Shown: in pieces, positions 1 through 7,359 of the stretch
Numbering within the stretch: the stretch's first letter is position 1
Layout: every line of letters begins with the position of its first letter
Notes under the pieces: generated by a model
Told to the model about the DNA's origin: nothing
Seen by the model: only the letters and a program-made list of their open reading frames with translations
Database searches by the model: none
Origin: a virus
Strand: one strand, 5' to 3'
DNA length: 64,000 nt
IMG/VR virus record: IMGVR_UViG_3300012930_000001
Span: 1-64,000 of that record
Program-made: the position numbers and the translations under genes

Positions 1-364
1 GAACCGGCAGCGTTAACATCTGTTCGCACCGGGCCAGTAAACGTTCGGTGATGCCGCGGACTTTATCGTGGTTCGATAGTTCCCAGTCGGCCCAGTTGAA
101 CGCGATATCTTGCTCGGCAGCCACGGCCACGCTATCCGCGGCGGACGTCAAAAAGTTGGTATATGCGGCGGCTCGGGCCATCCAGTTATCGCGGGTGGAC
201 ATTTTTTGGATGTTCGCTTTACCTACGCCGAACTGGAACCCGACCGTTTCAAGATTACGGGTGGCAGGGTCGAGAGATAGGAAGTATTTGAAGTATGAGT
301 AGGCCTTGTCTGTCTCGCCTGGTTGTTGGTGCCAGGGTTTTATTTCGCTATTTAAGATTGACAT
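1..364 (-). CDS. Partial CDS (N-terminal 121 aa; continues past left edge), HTH-type, terminase-small-subunit-like (tentative)
   Basis: Own translation from ATG 364..362, open to position 1: MSILNSEIKPWHQQPGETDKAYSYFKYFLSLDPATRNLETVGFQFGVGKANIQKMSTRDNWMARAAAYTNFL... It is absent from the track because no stop lies in the window. The AY..F..Y / I.K.S.R.NW..RA pattern recalls small-terminase HTH regions (memory only). Confidence 0.45.
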   Translation of the reverse strand, partial: MSILNSEIKPWHQQPGETDKAYSYFKYFLSLDPATRNLETVGFQFGVGKANIQKMSTRDNWMARAAAYTNFLTSAADSVAVAAEQDIAFNWADWELSNHDKVRGITERLLARCEQMLTLPV

Positions 365-468
365 ACTCCGACAGCATATTATTAAAGTCGCGAGAAAATC
401 AAGGGATAGTTACAGTCCAGCCTTTTGAGATAGTTCTACCTTGGAAAGCTCGCCAACATCTATCTTGC

Positions 469-840
469 TCATATTTTTTCTCCGATTGCTTTTAAGCATG
501 CTAGAGCACGTTGTTGGGCTGTGGCGAGAATTGGAATACCCACATGCGTTTCAAGTGCTAGTTGGACGGCGTAAGGCTCGAAACCTATCTGGTTCACAAC
601 CTTCGCCTCTACTTCTGCCACGGCGTTAAGGTCGGTGCAGTAGTCAGAAACCCCCCAACTCTTTTCACAGCGAGAAGCGTCATTTGCCGAAGTGAATCCG
701 CATTTGCAGTAAGCACAGACCTCCTCTTTACATGGCACGTTCGAATTAGCCGGAACCCACATGTGAGTTAATTTTTCGCCCATCACTTTTTCGTGAATCA
801 GCCGATTGATCTCTACCTTGGAAAGGGCCTTATCGGTCAT
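469..840 (-). CDS. Hypothetical protein, phage ABA-sandwich-domain-like (tentative)
   Basis: Track ORF 469..846. ATG at 840 is preceded by GGAGGTG, with a TAATG overlap to the upstream ORF. LIHEKVMG... and ...ALACLKAIG resemble the phage ABA sandwich domain (memory). Confidence 0.6.
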   Translation of the reverse strand: MTDKALSKVEINRLIHEKVMGEKLTHMWVPANSNVPCKEEVCAYCKCGFTSANDASRCEKSWGVSDYCTDLNAVAEVEAKVVNQIGFEPYAVQLALETHVGIPILATAQQRALACLKAIGEKI

Positions 841-1064
841 TACCAATCACCTCCTTCGGAAAATATGCCCTCGATGTCAGCGACTTTGTACGCATCGTCT
901 ATCGCACCATTAGGCCGCATCGCCTGTTCGCCGTCGTCACGATATTTCATAACGTTCATTTCGCCGGTGTTATAAAGCCAAAGGGTGGGCGGCATTTTTT
1001 GAATCGCCTTTCGCAAGCGTTCGATGGCTTTTCGTTCAAGTGCTGTGGTTTTAACTTCACTCAT
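840..1064 (-). CDS. Hypothetical protein (74 aa)
   Basis: Track ORF. Its ends overlap both same-strand neighbours, typical of phage operon packing. Confidence 0.55.
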   Translation of the reverse strand: MSEVKTTALERKAIERLRKAIQKMPPTLWLYNTGEMNVMKYRDDGEQAMRPNGAIDDAYKVADIEGIFSEGGDW

Positions 1065-1407
1065 TATTTGGCGTGCCTCCTGAAAATGGTGGGATCGGCA
1101 TCCAAGCGGTGACTTTATCGCCCTTAAGTATGTAGGCTTTTAGATCGCCGGTTGAGTCCGAGAAAAACCAAACACCACTCCGATGGGCCATAATTGAAGT
1201 CACGAATTCGCCGGTTCGATATTGAAGCCGCGCAATAACCCCAATATCAGCATCCGGCAAACTCTCCGGCCCGTCGATCTCAACCGGGCTTGCGGCGGAA
1301 AGGTGAAAATCGACCAGCAAATCTATCGACGCATCACTTATCGGGATGTCGGTTAGATGCTTGTCACAAAATGCCCGTGCTTCCTCAATCAGCTTTTCTC
1401 TGTCCAT
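1057..1407 (-). CDS. Hypothetical protein, DUF551-like C-terminus
   Basis: Track ORF 1057..1449. ATG at 1407 is preceded by AAGGAG. The C-terminal ...GDKVTAWMPIPP is typical of DUF551 ends. Confidence 0.55.
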   Translation of the reverse strand: MDREKLIEEARAFCDKHLTDIPISDASIDLLVDFHLSAASPVEIDGPESLPDADIGVIARLQYRTGEFVTSIMAHRSGVWFFSDSTGDLKAYILKGDKVTAWMPIPPFSGGTPNNE

Positions 1408-1780
1408 TTTCGTTCTCCTTGATTTCAGCCGCGAATTCTTTATGTTCAACCGTCAGCAATGGTCGCCAAAAGCCATAAATTTGATAGTGAATAAATTCCT
1501 CTCGGGAAGAATCCCAAGTATCTATCACGTAAGAATTGGAATCACTATAGCCATCGTTGCAGATATATTCTCCGTCCTTTAAGGGCCAAGTGGAGGCATC
1601 ATCCCAGTCCCATTTCGTCCAAACATTTACTTCCTTCACCGCCGCTTCTGTCTGCGCCTGGGCGAACCTGACCATCAATTCCGGCACAGCAGGGTCGTAA
1701 GCGGACATTCCAGCGCCCTCTCCGAAACTTGCCTTGTAAAATTCCCTCGCTAGTTCAGCGGCGGCGTTGTTTTTAGTCAT
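1385..1780 (-). CDS. Hypothetical protein (131 aa)
   Basis: Track ORF, same-strand packing. Confidence 0.6.
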   Translation of the reverse strand: MTKNNAAAELAREFYKASFGEGAGMSAYDPAVPELMVRFAQAQTEAAVKEVNVWTKWDWDDASTWPLKDGEYICNDGYSDSNSYVIDTWDSSREEFIHYQIYGFWRPLLTVEHKEFAAEIKENENGQRKAD

Positions 1781-1782
1781 AA

Positions 1783-1962
1783 TTACCTCTTATCCCCGGT
1801 TGCTTCGTCGTCCTCGTCCGCGTCGGCATTGATGTTCGCGATGGCGTCCCGCATTGCTGTGTCACGTTCAACGAGGTCGATAACATCGTATTTGTCGAGC
1901 CTGAGTCCGGTTTGCCGTTTGTACGCCCGGGCCAGTCGATTTATTGCTCGTTCGTAATCCAT
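1783..1962 (-). CDS. Small hypothetical protein (59 aa)
   Basis: Own translation MDYERAINRLARAYKRQTGLRLDKYDVIDLVERDTAMRDAIANINADADEDDEATGDKR. GGAGGA lies 5 nt upstream of the ATG, and the stop lies 2 nt before the next start. Below the track size cut-off. Confidence 0.45.
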   Translation of the reverse strand: MDYERAINRLARAYKRQTGLRLDKYDVIDLVERDTAMRDAIANINADADEDDEATGDKR

Positions 1963-1991
1963 AAAAATCCTCCATCCGCCCGCCTTGCGGG

Positions 1992-2168
1992 CTATTTAGC
2001 CTCAGTGCCCTCATACGGGGGCAGTGGGTTGTAGTACGGGAATTCACCGGCATTCGAATCGTACCCGCACATTCGACATTTTTCTCGTATCGCTAAATTC
2101 GTTGCTTTACAATGTGGGCAATCCCAGTTAGGGTCTTGCCAAAGTTGTTCTGTAATTTTGTCTTTCAC
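1992..2168 (-). CDS. Small zinc-ribbon protein (58 aa, GTG start)
   Basis: Own translation VKDKITEQLWQDPNWDCPHCKATNLAIREKCRMCGYDSNAGEF..., with CxxC...CxxC and GGGAGGG upstream. Confidence 0.4.
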   Translation of the reverse strand: MKDKITEQLWQDPNWDCPHCKATNLAIREKCRMCGYDSNAGEFPYYNPLPPYEGTEAK

Positions 2169-2210
2169 TTTTTTATCCCTCCCGCTGATACGCGGCCCCT
2201 TTGCGGGTGC

Positions 2211-2414
2211 TTATTTAGCCTCTTTTCGATGTTCTAGGTCGCCAGGTGCGTCCGCATATCGCCCGCGTAAAACATTGTCTAAAACATCCTCGCAATGGTC
2301 GCGGTCGTGACCGAAAGCGATAACGATAAATTTGCTCGATGTGAATGTCAGCGACCGCTCGTAATCCGATTTACCCGCTCCCGCGTCGTGTTCTAAACCT
2401 AATTGTTTCGCCAT
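2211..2414 (-). CDS. Hypothetical protein (67 aa)
   Basis: Track ORF 2211..2423. ATG at 2414 is preceded by GGGAGGGTGATTTTT. Confidence 0.5.
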   Translation of the reverse strand: MAKQLGLEHDAGAGKSDYERSLTFTSSKFIVIAFGHDRDHCEDVLDNVLRGRYADAPGDLEHRKEAK

Positions 2415-2435
2415 AAAAATCACCCTCCCGAACTT

Positions 2436-2648
2436 TTAGTATCTTGGCAATTCAAGATAGTCAACGCAACTTTCATCCCAGTGCGACGTTGAATTATCCC
2501 AGTGTCCGATAGTCTTATGACAATACGGACACCATCGTTGATCCGTTGGCAAGTTGCGCGAATTAACTACAATTCTTTGTTGAGATAGCCAAAGATCGCG
2601 CTTTTCACGTAAGTAAGGATAGTTTTCCAGCCAATCTCTGTCTGCCAT
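2436..2648 (-). CDS. Hypothetical Cys/His protein (70 aa)
   Basis: Track ORF 2436..2678. ATG at 2648 has a leader nearly identical to that of the neighbouring gene (GGGAGGGTGATTTT). Confidence 0.5.
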   Translation of the reverse strand: MADRDWLENYPYLREKRDLWLSQQRIVVNSRNLPTDQRWCPYCHKTIGHWDNSTSHWDESCVDYLELPRY

Positions 2649-2683
2649 AAAATCACCCTCCCGAACCTTCTCGATCATCGAAT

Positions 2684-2983
2684 TTAATATTTATATCCCC
2701 ATTGATATGGGTACATCGACACCTTACCGTCCAGCCGTGGAATTATCTTTTCCAGCCACTCGCACGCCTTTTGACAGTCTTGCGGGGAAAATGAGTCATC
2801 GTCAGGATCGTAGCCTTCGTCGCCTTCCTCGTAGTCATGATGATCGTGCCCGAAGAAATAAACATATCGCTCGAACCGAGGCGGCTCTTCGTCAACGATA
2901 AGCTCATAGCCAAATCGCTTCTCAATCCGCTCAATCTGCTTCTCGGTTAAAGATTTATTTATGGTTATACGGACTTCGCTCAT
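2684..2983 (-). CDS. Hypothetical acidic protein (99 aa)
   Basis: Track ORF with an acidic patch DHHDYEEGDEGYDPDDD. Confidence 0.6.
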   Translation of the reverse strand: MSEVRITINKSLTEKQIERIEKRFGYELIVDEEPPRFERYVYFFGHDHHDYEEGDEGYDPDDDSFSPQDCQKACEWLEKIIPRLDGKVSMYPYQWGYKY

Positions 2984-3243
2984 AGTTTTTCAATTTCAAT
3001 ATCACCTAGTTCAAATAAGGGTTCAGAGCCCATATCGATATGCGGCCCAAACTCTTCCATTAATTCCCAAAACTGCCAAACGGAATAGCCCTCGGAGTCT
3101 TCTTTTGGCGGTCGATAGGTCGGGGGTGAGGAAAATAACATGATGCCGTAAAGATCCTTGTGGTTCTTACGGTGGCATTGCTTGCCTAGTGCAGTAAGAC
3201 GGACACGGACGCGGCTGTTTATGTGGAATTTTATATAGCTCAT
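2980..3243 (-). CDS. Hypothetical protein (87 aa)
   Basis: Track ORF with 4-nt overlaps at both ends. Confidence 0.6.
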   Translation of the reverse strand: MSYIKFHINSRVRVRLTALGKQCHRKNHKDLYGIMLFSSPPTYRPPKEDSEGYSVWQFWELMEEFGPHIDMGSEPLFELGDIEIEKL

Positions 3244-3695
3244 TCGGTATCCTCCGGGAATTGAAATTTGTACCAGTTGAAGAGGACGGCGGCCGTGGTT
3301 ATGATATGGTGCTTTGCCTTCTCAGAGTCGCCTGAGACGATGGCGCCCGCGGCCTTTTGGCTGACATAGCCGATAAGCCAAAACCAGTCGAAGGCGGTCT
3401 TTAGCTTATCGTGTTCCTCGCCCCACTTTTCGCGTTGAAACGCGGCCTCCACACGCACGCCGGTAAAGAAGCCGTCCAGCCGCGGGTGGTTAATCAGCCC
3501 CACCAGTGCATCTATCCGGGTCTGCAGTTTTCGATTTTCCACCCTGGCGGAATTTTCCGCTTGTACTTTTAATTTCCAACACGCAGCGAACCCGGTGCTG
3601 AATAGCGGGTTGACACTGTCGGCCATGTCGCCGGTGGGAACTATCTCGCGCCATGCCATTTTCTCAGCGACTAGTAATTTGTTTTTCTCATCCAT
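3240..3695 (-). CDS. DUF550-like (dATP/dGTP diphosphohydrolase-type) domain protein (tentative)
   Basis: Track ORF 3240..3791; ATG at 3695 lies just after the upstream stop. REKWGEEHDKLKTAFDWFWLIGYVSQKAAGAI...AKHHIITTAAVLFNW resembles DUF550 as I recall it. Confidence 0.5.
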   Translation of the reverse strand: MDEKNKLLVAEKMAWREIVPTGDMADSVNPLFSTGFAACWKLKVQAENSARVENRKLQTRIDALVGLINHPRLDGFFTGVRVEAAFQREKWGEEHDKLKTAFDWFWLIGYVSQKAAGAIVSGDSEKAKHHIITTAAVLFNWYKFQFPEDTE

Positions 3696-3700
3696 AGATT

Positions 3701-3925
3701 TTATAAATCCTGACCGGCTTCGTAGCACGCCGGGGTGCAAGCGGGCTGGCCCTCGAACTCGGGTATGTAAGATTTCGCACACCACGGGCATTCCACGCTG
3801 CTATCATGTTCACAGTCACAGTCGTTGTCACTGGCCATGTTCGGGCACCAAGTTCCATGCAGCCGGTGACCGCACTTTGGGCATTTCGTTTTGTCGGTTG
3901 GGTCTATCAGGTTAAGTATTGCCAT
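3701..3925 (-). CDS. Cys-rich zinc-binding protein (74 aa)
   Basis: Track ORF. CPKCGH...C...CDCEH...CPWC. Confidence 0.6.
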   Translation of the reverse strand: MAILNLIDPTDKTKCPKCGHRLHGTWCPNMASDNDCDCEHDSSVECPWCAKSYIPEFEGQPACTPACYEAGQDL

Positions 3926-3926
3926 A

Positions 3927-4187
3927 TTAAAAATCCATCAGTACGCGGGCCGCGGGCGTGTCGGTTTGTGAAATGAACTCTAAGACCGCCCGGACAGCAT
4001 CCGTTGAGATAACGGTAAAGTTATGGTAGGCGTTGTGTTTCGGGCTCTCCGAGTGGCTCCATAGGTCTACCAATGCGGAGGCTAGCGGTTCCTGTACGCC
4101 GTACTCATCGACCATTGCTCGGAACCGGTCGCGGCGGCGGTGATGCTCCATGAATAGGCGCACCATGTTGTCTTGCTTTTTACTCAC
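3927..4187 (-). CDS. Hypothetical protein (86 aa)
   Basis: Track ORF, same-strand packing. Confidence 0.6.
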   Translation of the reverse strand: MSKKQDNMVRLFMEHHRRRDRFRAMVDEYGVQEPLASALVDLWSHSESPKHNAYHNFTVISTDAVRAVLEFISQTDTPAARVLMDF

Positions 4188-4626
4188 TTTCTACTCCATT
4201 TGTTTGGAACGCGTAGGGCGTCCAAAGATGACTACACCCGGCGCATAAATGTTTGTGATGCGGAGGGTTGTCCCACGCCTGATGAAACTCGTGGCCTTGG
4301 GCTCCGTTGCCGTGGTCGGCCCACGTTCTACCGCAGCGGCAAATATCCGGCTCGGGTTTGTCAACGTGTCGGAGGCCGCATTTCGGACAGTCCAAAACCA
4401 TATCGAGCGAAAGCACTTCGAGGGGCAGCCAGTGACTTCCATTGCGGTCGTAAATTATATCTTTCCGGTGGTCGATTTTCTGGTCTTCGTTCCACATCTC
4501 TTGACCGTAGATAATTGAATCAAAGTCTACTTTGTACTCTTTTCCAATAGTTGCCATGCCTTCTATCATTCGACAACAATGGTCTGCAGTTTCCATTTTT
4601 ATCAGGTGTGCTTTTACAAGTCTCAT
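4180..4626 (-). CDS. Cys/His-rich hypothetical protein (148 aa)
   Basis: Track ORF 4180..4689. ATG at 4626 is preceded by GGAGG. CPKCG...CRCG...CAGC. Confidence 0.6.
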   Translation of the reverse strand: MRLVKAHLIKMETADHCCRMIEGMATIGKEYKVDFDSIIYGQEMWNEDQKIDHRKDIIYDRNGSHWLPLEVLSLDMVLDCPKCGLRHVDKPEPDICRCGRTWADHGNGAQGHEFHQAWDNPPHHKHLCAGCSHLWTPYAFQTNGVESE

Positions 4627-4627
4627 G

Positions 4628-4765
4628 TTATGGCCTCCAACTGTCCTTGGGGTGGTCTTTAATCCATTCCCGCCAGTGTTTGTATTCAATTATCGCAGAT
4701 ACGAATAATAGGATTGCTCCGCAGGTAATAATTAAAAACAAGAAAAAATAATGTATCGACGTCAT
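4628..4765 (-). CDS. Small membrane protein (45 aa)
   Basis: Track ORF 4628..4810 trimmed to ATG 4765. One hydrophobic helix, IHYFFLFLIITCGAILLFVSAII. Confidence 0.4.
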   Translation of the reverse strand: MTSIHYFFLFLIITCGAILLFVSAIIEYKHWREWIKDHPKDSWRP

Positions 4766-4769
4766 AGTC

Positions 4770-5000
4770 TTAGCTCCAAATAATTTCGCCATGTTCAGTA
4801 AGTCCCGCAAGCACCTTATCGGTAGTAATTACCTTTGTCCGATACTCTGGCGGGCTCACCAATTCACGGACATCGCAGGAAATAAAACAGTCATCATGCA
4901 CTTCTGTCACTTCGTGAATTTTGTTCGAGTATCTACCGGCGTTCGTACGTTTATACCGGTCACCAACCTTTATATCTTTCAACTGTTTCCCAGCTTTCAT
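4770..5000 (-). CDS. Hypothetical protein (76 aa)
   Basis: Track ORF. Confidence 0.55.
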   Translation of the reverse strand: MKAGKQLKDIKVGDRYKRTNAGRYSNKIHEVTEVHDDCFISCDVRELVSPPEYRTKVITTDKVLAGLTEHGEIIWS

Positions 5001-5212
5001 TTATGGTCAGAATTGCAGTGATATCCACCGTAATACGCTCCCTCTTTGCCGAGCCCACAACCGTAAAAGCAATAATTACGGTCTTCGCAAAACTTATCTA
5101 CAGCCTTGCGGTTGTCTGCTCGGGTCCGCGCCCGGCCTAGCCATTCTGTAAAGCAACTCACTAAACCCATCAACGCAAAAGCGATGACGAACCCCACTAC
5201 TATTTGCATCAT
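4997..5212 (-). CDS. Membrane-anchored Cys-rich protein (71 aa)
   Basis: Track ORF 4997..5230. ATG 5212 forms an ATGA overlap with the glycosyltransferase stop. N-terminal TM helix. Confidence 0.5.
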   Translation of the reverse strand: MMQIVVGFVIAFALMGLVSCFTEWLGRARTRADNRKAVDKFCEDRNYCFYGCGLGKEGAYYGGYHCNSDHK

Positions 5213-5940
5213 TTGTCGAATGCCCTCCAATTTATTTTGACGTCCGGACGTCCGTCCTTTTTCATTTTCACTTGGCAGATGTGGTCACCCCACAATTCCA
5301 CCATGCGGCGGCTGGCCGCGGCTTCCTTTTCTGTTTTGTACTGGTCGTACAACCCGCCTTTATTCGAACCGTTTTTTGGAACCGCGAAAGATATCTGAGC
5401 CAGCTTTATCACCTTGTACCCTATGCTTAGAATTTGCAGCGTAAAATCCCGGTCGGATTTGAAAGGCAGTTCCGTGCGGTAGTTGACCGGCATCGCGGTG
5501 CGGATACACACGGCCACGTCACAATAACTGTTCATCACGAACGGCCGTTTGTTGCTCCAAGCATATTGCTGGTATTCGAGCCCGGCCTGGCCGATGTGGT
5601 CACCGTTCAGGAAAAACCATTCAGCGTCTTCGAGGGCCTTCTCAGGTAATTCATACGTCCACGTCTTTTCATTTTTCGTGTAGTAGAAACCTTTGATATC
5701 ATCATCCAGCATCCAGTACCAGTCGTACCCGAGTTTCCGGGCAAGCTGCAACGCGACCTGTCGAGCGTAGGCCAGCCCGCGATTGTTATACGGCAATTTA
5801 CACAGCCGGGCCGCGGGGTGATGTTCGAGATATGCTCCGTAGTCTTGGGGCTCGACAAGGACGGTGTACGACACACCCTCCAAAAGTGTGAACAGCGGCG
5901 CGTCAGGCCGTCCCTTGCTGCATACCAGTATTGGCTTCAT
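5209..5940 (-). CDS. GT-A-type glycosyltransferase (possibly TET/JBP-associated glycosyltransferase-like)
   Basis: Track ORF with AAGGAG 7 nt before the ATG. Rossmann-like N-terminus ILVCSKGR..., VLVEP..., then the acidic motif WYWMLDDDI (a DxD-type signature). Confidence 0.6.
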   Translation of the reverse strand: MKPILVCSKGRPDAPLFTLLEGVSYTVLVEPQDYGAYLEHHPAARLCKLPYNNRGLAYARQVALQLARKLGYDWYWMLDDDIKGFYYTKNEKTWTYELPEKALEDAEWFFLNGDHIGQAGLEYQQYAWSNKRPFVMNSYCDVAVCIRTAMPVNYRTELPFKSDRDFTLQILSIGYKVIKLAQISFAVPKNGSNKGGLYDQYKTEKEAAASRRMVELWGDHICQVKMKKDGRPDVKINWRAFDK

Positions 5941-6193
5941 GATTTTGCTCCTTGAGTATTTTGTCTAAGGCGGCCCGGAGTGTCTTTTGCGGGCGGTGGT
6001 CCCGGAAAGAACCGGCGACTAGCTCAGCGACCTGCCAGCCGCCCGAAAAGAACCATGTATACGTCTTGCCGCGGTGGTAAGTGATGACGTGCAACGGAAA
6101 TTCTTTACGGTCGTTTAGCACATCATCGCTGTTCAGTTTTTCCTCGAACCCGTTTTGTTTCGCGTACTCGCGCCAATGTAAATCCTCACGCAT
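5903..6193 (-). CDS. Hypothetical protein (96 aa)
   Basis: Track ORF 5903..6238. ATG 6193 is preceded by GGGAGG, with a TGATG overlap to the upstream stop. Confidence 0.55.
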   Translation of the reverse strand: MREDLHWREYAKQNGFEEKLNSDDVLNDRKEFPLHVITYHRGKTYTWFFSGGWQVAELVAGSFRDHRPQKTLRAALDKILKEQNHEANTGMQQGTA

Positions 6194-6432
6194 CAATTTT
6201 CCTCCCTGGCGGAAAGTTTGAACCGGCTGATATCGCACAGCCGCCCGCCGAGTTTACCCCACTCTGTCCAGCACGGAGTACATAGATAGCTCCGGCGTTC
6301 CGTCGACCGTCCGGAAAATCTACAGACCATCCCGGCTCGAATATTTTCCTTGCAACAAAGGCAAGTCCGGATAGCGGTCGGGACGCCCGGCTTCCATTGT
6401 TCAACGCCTACTTTTCTCGTGTAGAATGCCAT
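6193..6432 (-). CDS. Zinc-binding protein (79 aa)
   Basis: Track ORF. CLCC...C...CTPC. Confidence 0.55.
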   Translation of the reverse strand: MAFYTRKVGVEQWKPGVPTAIRTCLCCKENIRAGMVCRFSGRSTERRSYLCTPCWTEWGKLGGRLCDISRFKLSAREEN

Positions 6433-6435
6433 GGT

Positions 6436-6852
6436 TTAAAAGGGAATATCATCGTCGGTCGCGGGCGCCGGTGTTTGATAGCTGCCCGCGGCCTCGGCCT
6501 GGCTTGGCTCTCTATCTCCGTCCGACCTACTACCGATAAACTGCATATCCGTTGCAGTTACGGCTAACGTTTGACGCTCGACACCATCCCGGTCTGTCCA
6601 CGTCTCGATACCAAGGCGGCCCTCAATGAAAACCTCCTTACCCTTAACGAGATACTTCGCCGCGGCCTCGGCGGTCTTGCGCCAAAGCGTTATCTTGAAC
6701 CACGTAACCACACTTTGATATTCGCCCGATTTGTCTTTTTTCTTTTCGTTGGTCGCAATGGAAAACGTGCAGACCGCATCGCCTTGCGGGGTGTATCGTA
6801 GCTCGGGGTCTTTCCCGAGATTGCCGACCAAAATTATTTTATTGAAACTCAT
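6436..6852 (-). CDS. ssb: Single-stranded DNA-binding protein
   Basis: MSFNKIILVGNLGKDPELRYTPQG... OB-fold signature and the canonical acidic tail DDDIPF. ATG 6852 forms an ATGA overlap with the upstream stop. Confidence 0.95.
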   Translation of the reverse strand: MSFNKIILVGNLGKDPELRYTPQGDAVCTFSIATNEKKKDKSGEYQSVVTWFKITLWRKTAEAAAKYLVKGKEVFIEGRLGIETWTDRDGVERQTLAVTATDMQFIGSRSDGDREPSQAEAAGSYQTPAPATDDDIPF

Positions 6853-7235
6853 TTTTTCTTTTTGTCCCTCCGTTGATTTTCGAGCCACTGTTTTTCGGTT
6901 TGGGCGTCAACCTCATCCCAAGACTTAAATACCGGCGAATCCATTTTCAATTTGCTCGGGTCGTACTTCCCGGCTGTTATCATCACATCAGTCATGAGGT
7001 TTCGCCAGTCCGCGTTTTCGTAAAATATCAAGGCCCCGGCGCAATGCTGGCTTTCCGGCACCGCGACAAAATCGCCTCCACAGCCGTACTCATCATCCTC
7101 TTCGACTTCCGCCGTTTCGTGGCAAACAAATTCGCCGCGGGCAAAGCTTCGCAGCCTATCCGGGTCAACGTACAAACGCCCGCCGTCATTTCGGAATGGG
7201 CACGTATTACAGGGCCGGGTCATTTCATATTTCAT
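6849..7235 (-). CDS. CxTCPF-motif Cys/His protein (DUF6283-like, tentative); paralogue of 22299..22817
   Basis: Track ORF 6849..7295 starts at TTG. ATG 7235 puts PCNTCPF at the same distance from the N-terminus as in the paralogue. A second cluster is FVCHET...QHCAGAL. Confidence 0.55.
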   Translation of the reverse strand: MKYEMTRPCNTCPFRNDGGRLYVDPDRLRSFARGEFVCHETAEVEEDDEYGCGGDFVAVPESQHCAGALIFYENADWRNLMTDVMITAGKYDPSKLKMDSPVFKSWDEVDAQTEKQWLENQRRDKKKK

Positions 7236-7290
7236 TTGGTTGGTTGTAAATGGCCATACTCCATTTTCCCGCGTTTTTATTATTCTGTCA

Positions 7291-7336
7291 AACAAATAAA
7301 AACGGCGGGCCGGGTTACCAAAACTCGACTCCGCCG
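7291..7336 (-). terminator. Terminator-like hairpin plus T-run between 7360..8004 and the next gene
   Basis: Minus strand: CGGCGG-22 nt-CCGCCG followed by TTTTTATTTGTTTG. The large loop lowers confidence. A TTGACA (7291..7286)-N17-GAAAAT follows. Confidence 0.3.
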
Positions 7337-7359
7337 AAATTGTGCGCCGGGGCTATGAA

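Noticed and set aside
48-495. Plus-strand ORFs 48..302 and 295..495
   Set aside because: They lie opposite the open minus-strand reading frame 1..364 and the intergenic leader. Neither has an SD or fits the operon context.
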